Source: Tubiluchus corallicola (Eukaryota; Animalia; Priapulida). Taken from it: DNA of 64,000 nt. Below, in pieces: positions 24,379 through 35,200 of the stretch. The notes beneath the pieces were generated by a model that was not told the DNA's origin, made no database searches, and saw nothing but the letters and a program-made list of their open reading frames with translations. Location: assembly GCA_030141605.1 (NCBI GenBank), contig JAQGDQ010000559.1, positions 77,266-141,265 of the forward strand. Direction: 5' to 3'. Position 1 is the stretch's first letter. Every line of letters begins with the position of its first letter. A program made the position numbers and the translations under genes.

Positions 24379-25636
24379 TAGCACATTAGACATCGTTTTC
24401 TCTTATTGTACTTAATGGTTTTAATTCTTGTTTGAGTTGACCGTTTTTTTCTTTAAATTATTTCAAATATAAAATTATTATTTTAATTAAAAAACCAAAG
24501 TTTTCATTGGTTGAAAGCATAGATTACTTTAATACTTTATTACCTCATTCACTTATCGTCCCAATTTAGCATAATATTACAGTTTACAGTAATTTTATAA
24601 TATTACATTTTGAAAAATTCGTCAATAATTTAGAAATTTGTTTTTTCTTTGTTTGTTTGTTCCTTATGTAGTCTAAACTCTTAAGCGATTTTTGTACGCA
24701 CTTTCAAGTTTGTTATGGAAAATTTACAAGAAAAAACAACATTTATAATTACAATTTACCTGTTTGTATTTTCAAAAAACGTTGTAGCAGGAAGCGGATG
24801 GTGGGCCAACTATTGTTGTTTTTCTTGTTTGTGTTTTTTGTGAACTTTTCTTATTTTATAAATTTTAACACCTGATGAAACTTCAGCGCTTAAAAGTTCG
24901 GTACCTGTAATAATTTTATTAAAATTTTGTCATCAAGGATTGTTATCGAGTTTTGGAATAATTTATGAATTAAATTTACTGCCAAAAAACCGATGAAATA
25001 TGAAAAATGAGCTAATTTATTTTTATTTATTATTCTTTTTTGAAAACGATGATGTAGAAACACATCAAGCAAATAAAATTTCTCAAATTTTAAAAGATTT
25101 AAAGTTCATTTATTTAAAATTTCAACACAACGAAAATCATTGACGGATGTTTTTAACTTTTATCCTTTCTTACAAAAACAAATACTTCGAAACCTTTTAA
25201 AGGAAGTTTTACATTCTTGTATCTTTTATTTCTCACACGAATACTCACGAATAACCCGTAATGGGTTTCAAAATATTTGTTTTTGTAAGAGTCAATAAAG
25301 GTTAAAAACATCCGTGGATCTGCTTATGATTTACGTTGTACTGATATTACTAAAATGTTAGTTCAAACTTTGTTTTTAATGTCCTATGTAGTCAACACAG
25401 CAAGTTTGTTTTTAATTGTATTATTTCGCGTACGACAGGGACTATTTTATCGCTACATTTCTGCCGTTCGGTATTTTAAATATTAGTATATATATATGTA
25501 GATATATAGATATATATATGTACTACTAATATTTATTGTACGTATATACTAATATACTATATATACTAATATAGAAAATATATTAATATCCTATATAGCA
25601 AATATACTATATCTTTTTATCTGAATTTTTCAAAAA

Positions 25637-25676
<40 letters not shown>

Positions 25677-25819
25677 TTTTTGAAAAATTCAGATAAAATA
25701 GATATATATATATATATGTAGTTTGTTACTTACGGTCATCAAAAACAAGCTCTTTGACCTAATGTTAACTGTTAATTCTACAACCGACTTTAAATAAAGA
25801 TTATTATTAATATTATTAC

Positions 25820-25984
<165 letters not shown>

Positions 25985-26184
25985 CATCATCATCATTATT
26001 ATTATTATTAACAGCCAACTATAATATAAAATCAGACAGCAACTCTTGCCATTTTACATGTAGCCAATGGTTGATCTGTTAACTCATAGACTTTACACTC
26101 TTGTTTTTCCGCCATGTTGTATTGTAACTTTCTATTTTCAGAACGTAGTCTTTGTTTACAAAGACTCAAGATCAACAAAGCAAA

Positions 26185-26253
26185 ATGGCATACGTGAGAG
26201 CGACTGTAACAAAAGGTGCGAGACCGTGTCCACGTTACTCAAGCAGCCACGAT
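26185..26253 (+). CDS. Fusion gene exon 1 (MAYVRATVTKGARPCPRYSSSHD)
   Basis: Acceptor ttttcAG at 26141, in-frame TAG at 26146 upstream of caaaATGG, donor GAT|GTAAGT phase 0. Splicing gives HD-VYRM, a typical caspase domain start. Confidence 0.75.
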
Positions 26254-29200
26254 GTAAGTACGCCACTATCTAAAGGCGCGTTCACACATAGAGACTTCTC
26301 TCGTAACATGTTGCGCATGTTAACTCTCAGCAACTCTCGCTGAATTTGCAATAAGTTGCGACAAGTTATCAAGTCGTTCACACGTGCAACTTTACTGTCA
26401 GAGAAAAGTTGCCAAGTCGTTCACACGTGCAACTTTACTCCCAGAGAGAAGTTGTGCAACAAGTTGCGTAAGAAGTCTCTACATCTTAATGGTAGCCGCT
26501 ATTTAGTACATCTTACGGCGTGAGTTCAGACTAGAGAGTTTTCTCTCGCAAGTAACTCACAAAGTAACTCGCAAGCTAGAGAGCAAAACTTGCTACTAGT
26601 TATTCTTCGACAGTAACTGCAAGCCCACGCTCACTTCTATATTTGCTGCGAGAAGTATCGCGAGTAACTCGCCCAGTCGTTCACACTAGACAATCAATCA
26701 ACTCGCAGTAACTGTGAGAGAGCTTGCAATAACTTGCCGACAGTAACTCGCAAATTTGTTAACACCTGCGAGTTTGTTGTCAAAACTCACTACAGAAAAC
26801 TGGCTAGTCTGAACGCTCACTTAGTGTTTTGCATGTTTTAGTTATTCTCCTGTTGATTCTAGTGACGTTTCTGTCATGTATGGTTGTTAACTGCTAATCA
26901 TAGATGGACAGTTTCATTTGTTGAATTCGTAAAAGTAAAGATGATGAAGATATTTAATAACTTTTTCAAAATTGAATTGTATTGTCGATCGGTTTCGAAC
27001 AGTAAGCCTTTTCATAGTTCCAGCGATTGATGATGATCGTGAAAAGGTCAAAGGTTATGTGTACCAGACAACGCATTTGTGTACACTTGACAACGCCTCG
27101 CAGCCCATGCTATTGTAATAGTAACAGTTTTAACAGCTAGCTAGAACCTTACCTAGTTCATTTTTTCTTGTTTCCAAGCAAGATTCTGACAGTAAATCAC
27201 TCTATGCACAGACTAATGCATAATGAAGTAAAGTCCACGTAAAACTAAAGAAATTGCTGAACTGATGCTTTGCTTTACACACGCGTCACGTGAAGCGTTG
27301 CTGGGACACACTTAACCTTTCACCTACAAAAACTGCGCATGCGGACAACGAATCTGTGAAAAGGCTTATTACTGTTCATTCTCAAGACATCAAGAAAGCA
27401 AAGAAATTTTTCATTATGTAAAAACAATTTGGAAGACAAAATCTAAATTCAGTAGAAAACAGCCAAATAATGGTTTCACCGTTCAGCCAAGTTGCAAAAT
27501 GGTTCCTTAATTCTATGTAGCATGTAAACGTAGTAGTTGTTGTTGCTGTGTTGTTGTTATTATTATTATGTAGCATGTAAACATAGTAGTAACTCGACAA
27601 CTAGCTTCATAACCAAACATACGTCACATGACGTAAACTCAATAATGGGTTTCGACTTGTATAAAATTGTTATAGAAAAAAATGTTATTCTAGAAGGTGT
27701 ATTTAGAAATTTTCATGTTCTATCTCGTAAAATTGTGAAACTTAGCAATAATTGTAGAAGTTGTATTGAAAACAGGAATTTTATATTTTTTATTAAAGTA
27801 TCAGCTGAGAGAGATGTTAGAATATGTGGTATTTTTTAAATTAATTGCTTTGCCTTCTTGTATATAAATAATATCCGTGCTTGTTTTTGTGTTGCTGCTG
27901 TTTTCGTTGTTGTTGGTGGGGTGTTGCTGTTGTTATTGGTGATGTTGTTGTTGTTGTTACTGTCGTTGTCTTTGTCGTTGTTGTTGTTGGTGGTGGTGGT
28001 GGCAGTGGTGTTGATGTTGTTATTGTCGTTGTCTTTGTTGCTGTTGTTGTTGGTGGTGGTGGCAGTGGTGTTGATGTTGTTGTTGCTGTTCGTGTTGGTG
28101 TTGTTTGCGTTGCCGTTATTGTTGGTGTTGGTGTTGTTGGTGGTGGGGTTGTCGGCGTTTTTGTTGGTGGTGGTGTTGTTGGTATTGATGTTATTGCTGC
28201 TGCTGCTGCTGTTGTTGTTGTTGTTGTTTTCGTCGTCAGTGTTCAATATTTATTTCAATATTTATTTCTACTTGTACTACCAGTGTACTAATTTCCTTTA
28301 ACTAAACCACTTATGTAACTTTACTGTACTAGTGTGCTCGAAAATAAACGATCATAATAACTTTAATTTTAACATCATTAAAACATTTAATTTACATTGT
28401 TAAAATCATGTCAAACTTTTCGACAGAGCTGCTGCTGTCATCATCAGAGGTCAACTTTTACAAACATACACAACCTGTTCATATACTCCATATAGAACAT
28501 TAAGCACTAATTAAAGTTTTAATAGAGTTGTGCTGTTGTAAGTATAAATGTTTTTAAGTGCCTGTAATAACAGAATCATGATAATAATTATTGCCTTTAA
28601 TTATATAGGTGTATAGAATGGATTCTACGCCTCGTGGTTACTGCTTAATTATCAACAGTTTAGAGTTTTCAGATGAAGGGAACCGTAAGGGAGAAGGAAA
28701 CGTGGTGAAGATGAGGCAGTTATTCGAGCAACTGGGTTTTGTTGTAGAATTCTACGAAGCTCAATACAAACCTGGATTTACCAGCGTAAGTATTGCTAAT
28801 GTCATTATAAAGCTTCCGTTTTAGCAAGTTGTCTTAAAGGAAGACCGGACCCAGCCTTAAACTTAAACACGAATGCAGTAAAATATATTTTTGTGCGATC
28901 ATAAATATTCATCACATTTACTTCAAAGCAAAACTTGACCCAATCTTAAACTATAGGTCAAAACAATCTACTCTTTAAAATATTGAAAGGAAACGTACTA
29001 TTTTTTAAAGAATGACTTACGTGAAAGAATTATTAGCACACAAGCACAATTTCGGGTTCGCGCCACAAGTTCTTAACCGTTACATGCATTTCACCATTTA
29101 CTAGTTAGACGGGTACTAGCGTCTGCATTTCGGAAACGGATTGCACAAAAAACAGGTGCTCTACCTCTCAGTTCAGATGTGTTAGTTTGTGACGAACTAC

Positions 29201-32200
29201 ACACGTTCGAGAGCTCATGCGTGAGCACAGCGGTATATTTTTATCTTTAAACTTGCCTAGTTTTAGCACAACACACTGTATATCTTACAGTAGCACTGTA
29301 CTTCAATTTTTGCCTTGACAAACACGTGCAACACGCTCGTGGAATATCATTGCTGTTGAAAATTATGTTAGTTTGTGATGTCATCAGTAATTGGGCTCGC
29401 TCCCCGTTAATTAAGATTTGAATCCACCATCCAATTATCAGAAACGCTTTTGCAATATTACTTGTGTTAAAATGTAAACTTTTTATCGGATTTGAAAACG
29501 GGGTAGCATATGAAAAATTCTCCTGTCTTACAGTCTTTTAAACTTGTAACGTTCAAAGTCAAAAATGTAATGAATGGCTCATGGCTGTTACAAGCTGTGA
29601 AATTTCAATTATTGGGAGCGTTTGTTTGTAATATCAATGTTAGTCAAAAACGCTCTAGCGGCGCCTGGTGGGACTCTTTAGAAGGAGATACAAAGCTCTT
29701 TGGCAAGAGGAGGGGAATAGGGTTGCGCGGTGGTGTGGGTCCTGTTTTATTACGCCTCCTCCAAGAGAAGTAGCGACGAGTTGATTGGAGGTTTCATTTC
29801 GGGCGATTCTCGCTAAGAAAATTGCTGACGTTTTGCATTGCTCTGACGTCATTCCGTGACGTCGGCCTATAACTTTACTTCAGTAAAAGCTACTGCTCGC
29901 TTTGCATTACATAAATAAACGTAGTATGTTCGCGCATTACTGATCACTGTACATTAGTACTAGGTTTTTGCTAGTCTCTATTAATGACGCAGATATTTTA
30001 CTTACTTTTAGGAAGAACTGAAGTTTCGTTTGTCTAGTTTTGCTAGAGATTCGAAACATGACCAAGCGAGTTGCTCTGTGGTAATTCTACTCTCTGCTGA
30101 TGGCTGTGCAAGTGATTTCTTCCCTACAAGCTCTGGGCAACTGGATTTTAGAAACGAGATTTTGCCTCTTTACCACGGTAAGCTGTCAACTTTTGGTAAT
30201 CTTTTTGCAACTTGGAACAAAAGTGTTAATGAATGGTTTGTGTAGAACGTGCAGTCTCTTCTCTTCTCTTCTCTTCTCTTCTCTTCTCTTCTCTTCTCTT
30301 CTCTTCTCTTCTCTTCTCTTCTCTTCTCTTCTCTTCTCTTCTCTTCTCTTCTCTTCTCTTCTCTTCTCTTCTCTTCTCTTCTCTTCTCTTCTCTTCTCTT
30401 CTCTTCTCTTCTCTTCTATTCTCTTCTCTTCTCTTCTCTTCTCTTCTCTTCTCTCTTCTCTTCTCTTCTCTTCTCTTCTCTTCTCTTCTCTTCTCTTCTC
30501 TCCTCTCCTCTCCTCTCCTCTCTTCTCTTCTCTTCTCTTCTCTTCTCTTCTCTTCTCTTCTCTTCTCTTCTCTTCTCTTCTCTTATCTTCTCTTCTCTTC
30601 TCTTCTCATCTCACACTAACGCCGAACGTAGCTAAATGTACGTAAAATATGATTTGCATTTTCCAGCTTCTTTGTATGCGATGTATCATTTTTTGATATC
30701 GCTAATTTAGTACAGAATATGAATGCTCACTTGTTTGTTACTTTTACAGAGAAGAACGCGCCATATTTATCAGGCAAACCGAAAATCTTTATTCTTCATG
30801 GCTGCCGAGGAGGTAGGAAAACAATTATTCTTTATTTTTATTCTTTCTTTCTTATTCTTGCTACTGTGTGAATCATTGCAAACTGTGAACAATAATTCGC
30901 CTATAAACGTTCTTGAATATGTGACAGGAATGGTCGAGCGTTCATAGTGTGTGACTGAGACACGTTTGCTGGTTCAGTGTCTCATCTTAGAGAATTACAA
31001 CTAATGATATGTAAAATTCCGGTCCTGCCACCACCCACATTAGGCAGACATTTTCCTCTGTGTTAGATTTCAATGTAGAGTGCTGAGGTGTATAAAGAAG
31101 TAATACATAAGACAAAGGTTTCAACATCAATCCAAATGCGGAATTGTCAGCACTATGAGTGTTGCTTAACTTTCTATCCCGCAAAAGTGGCTACATGTTT
31201 TACAAAGAAGCCAAGTTTTACATTTGTAAATGTCCAATCGCATGAACATATACTGTTTTACGTCACTGATTGTGAGTCACTTTTTTCCAGGGCAGAGTTT
31301 TCCTCCCGTAAATGACGTCATGATATGCAGCGCGACACCTGGTGAGTCATCCCATGATTATGATTTTATGGACGAGTGTGTGTAGATTATCATGTGCTCT
31401 AGAAAATGAACTATAGTTTCAAATGGCAATCGTCACTGTCATTCAAACCAGATCGCTGAAGTTTTAAGCCTGGCTGTCAGCAATACATGTCATTTGTTTC
31501 TTTTAAACTCTTGCAAATGGTTCTGCCACGAAAAGCTGATTTAGTAAAATAAATCGTTGTACTGGTTGTGTGAAGCTGATTATTGGTGTTTTAGGGATGG
31601 CAAAACTATGAAGAGTCTGATTATAAAACTACACGTTTATTGAACATCAAACACAATAAATATAACAGATAGTAATGTCACGCCCCCTGATCTAGCTTGT
31701 TCTGCTCCGGCTACCAGACTCAATCCCCTGAGCTGGGCGCATCACAAGGCTTATATATCGTGCGGCGAGCTTCGACGCTTTGGTTCTGAATCACTTACTC
31801 ACGTGACACCACTCCTTAACTGGCTTCAAACCAGCATTCATCAACATAATTATCTATCATAATCTAACACTTTTAACATAGTTTAACAGGTCCTCTTTAC
31901 TGCATTTCACATTGAGGAGCGTCCAAATGTATTGTATAAAAAACTCATTATACATATACATTATATGTGTATGTTTTGCAGTTGAATATATTGGTTTGAC
32001 TATATTTGTAGCATCATACAGTAACAGCGATGGACGTTTCTTCATAAATTCGTTTGTAAAAACAGTGGCCGACTACGGGTTTAATCTGTCACTGCAGGAA
32101 CTTTTGACAAAGGTGAGGCAAAATGAAACGATTCAAAGCACAAGAAAACTCTCCATAAACATAAAGCTTGAAAATGCCCTTGAAATTTTAAGCCACCTAC

Positions 32201-35200
32201 ATATTGCATGCAGGGCTTGCGTCGGCAGTAACGCTGTATAAAACTTGTAAATTTATATTCCCACGGTGACCATTAGAAGCAGCCATTTTAATAGTAGGTC
32301 GTTTGAAACAACTTTAGATAAGATTGAGTAAAGTTTGAAAAAATAATCAGAGCATTCGTAGCACGCACGTTGTTAACTAAGTAAAATTTTGAATTTCTTA
32401 ATAAGAATAAAAATAGGTTTTTGATTAGTGAGTGGCGCACCCTGGAGGGTGAGCCAGCAACATTTCATCAATTGCCGCGAACATTTTAAATTATTTTTGT
32501 AGTTACATAAGTCTTTCCAGCAGGTAAGTGAAATGCTAAGTAATATAGATTTGCACGGAAGGTTTTTTGGGACATAATTTAACATTTCGTTTTCTTCCCC
32601 TGATTTACGTTGTGTGTAGATGACGTCATGTAATGGCGCCGTCGGGACAGTATTGCGGGAGATTTGAAATGAAAACAAATAAAAATTCCTTTCAACGCGA
32701 GCACGATATACGCGTAAAAATGCTCTAAAGTAATGTAATTTTTTATGGTGATATTTCTGAAGTACCCCTTTCTTGTACCTTAAGACCACACTGTTGTGTA
32801 AAAGTATAAAAGTACATGTCCATTTTTATTACAGGCACTTAAAAACATTTATAGTTAAAAGAACACAACTTTATTATAACTTTTTACCTTACATAGTTGA
32901 GAAAGCTGCTTACCATTGCAAAACATCCAGACATTTTAAAGTAAGGATATGTGGATATTTGGGTATTTCGTCTAGAACCGGCAAAAAATTAAAAAATTCT
33001 CCTCAATCCAGCATTAATGACCACATTTGTGCCTCTGGCCACAAAGCTGATTTTAATCATTTCAGCATTGTGACCAGAGCTACAAGTTTCTTTTCTACGG
33101 CTCTGCTTAATCATTACCTATTTGGCTTCTGCTAACTACATAATTATTGCATATTTTACTGTATCAATTTCTTTCCTACTGGCCTGCTTATTTGTTACCT
33201 GTTTGGCTTCTGTTAACTACTTAATTAGTGCATAACAGGTTTTGCCTACATAAACTGGTTGTATGTTTGTAAATTTACCACTGATGATGACAGCAGTAGT
33301 CTGCCAAAACGTTTGACATGATTTTTACCTATATAAGGTAAAAACTTTAATAAACTTGTGTTGTTTTAACTATAAAAGTATTTGTTATACAAAGTTTAAT
33401 GAAGTTTAATCATAACATAAACATTACAGGTTCAAGGAAAAATGTCACCAGGGGGCGAACAAGATGCAGGAGGTGAAATGGGTTCGTCTCAGCTGCTTAG
33501 CTTTGAATCAACATTAAAATACCCTCTTTACTTCAATCCACCTGTGGTAAGAATGATGTAATTCACTGTGTACTTCAAATGTGTTGGTACGATTTCTGGA
33601 TACAAAAGCTAAGATTTTTGTAATTTCTCTCAGGGCAAAGTTGCGATACATACGTCCAATGCACGAAGTTCTTTAAAATACAAGAAAACGCTGATCATAA
33701 ATAAATCTTAAAAAGTTCGTCTTAAACATTCGTATGACTTATGTACTTCTTTCTTATTGTGCCCAGAGCTTGCGCTAGCAGTAACGCTGTATAGAACTTG
33801 TAAATTTAAACACTCATTTCACAGTGAGGCTGCACAAAAAAATGCTTCGAGGATAAATTCCTTGCGGCATTGCTCACGAAAACGAAACTCATTGTTTCTA
33901 AGACACCCTTCACAGTGAAGACGCATGCGGTTCCTCGTTAGGAATTCTACCATTAGCTAGAAGTTGTGCATCCTCCTCGCGAGGAATTTTGCCCTATGGT
34001 AGAAATACTGCATGTTACATTTTCGTGAGGAATCTAAGATGTTCTGTAAGATATTCAGTGTGCTGTACTAAAACTAAGCAAGGTCTATGATGAAAATTCA
34101 AATTTGAAACTTACTGCTGTGCTCACGCATGAGTTGTCGAACGTGTGCTCTACGTCACAAACGAACACCTCTGAACTGAGAGGTGAGTACCTGTTTTTGT
34201 GCAATGCGGTTCTGAGATGCAGGTGCTAGCGCCTATCGAATGGCAAAATACATGTAACAGCGAAGAACTAGTGGCATGAGCATAAATTGTTTTTGTGTGG
34301 CAGGTATTCTTTTACATAAGTCATTTTTGAAAAATAGTATATTTCTTTTCAGTATTTTAAAGATTAGAATGTTCTGACCTACAGTTTGAGATTGGGTCCA
34401 AGTTTGCTTTAAATAAAGGTTAAATAAGCACTTCTCGCTTTTCATTGCAGGAAACGGGTCCACTTGGCATAGGCACCGCATTCGCTTATTGGCACTGGTG
34501 TGGATTTCCCTCCATCATCAAAGACGACTTCCTCGGAGAGCTGACAAAATGGAAGGAGGAAAAAAACGTTGGCAATGTGGTGATGAAACAAATCATCCTC
34601 TACTCTCAGAGCTGCCTAAGCAAACCCTCGGGATTTGACTCGTTCAAAGAGAGCGCGTGCTCTTTTGCAATCCGCAAAGACGTGGCCGGGACGAAGGCGC
34701 GGAAGTATGGCGTCAGCATCTACCCAATATCGACTGACGGAAGGACCTTCTATTTTGCAATGGATTATCCGAGTATCTTGCAGGGTGTTTCTGGAAACAG
34801 CAACAGCGCTAAACAAATGCTTGGAGAGATGACAGCCTTCCACCTGGCATTGTTGAATATACTGAAAAGCGAGGCTCGAGAGAACCCCCTCGTTCCGTTC
34901 GTTCTGCTGCCATATGATGACGCCACCGAGGAGTTGCAGACCCTTCTTGGTAGAGCTGTCCAAAAGATGGTCAGACCAGAGTCACAAACTGTAATATGTC
35001 TGAGAGGACCAGACACGGACTGGAATTATCCCGATTGGCTTGAGGAAGGGTTGCGGGAAGAAAGTACCTCTCTCACTGACAGAATGCCAGTGGGATTCCT
35101 GGCGGCGGAAAGGTAACGGAAAATGAATTAATTAATTTACAGATACTAAGAGCAGTTTAGTTTCTACAAAAATTTCTAATTTTGAGAAATTGTTACCGTG

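Noticed and set aside
31587-31846. Solo-LTR-like segment (TG...CA, TATA and AATAAA on the minus strand) in a caspase intron
   Set aside because: No target-site duplication or second copy visible.
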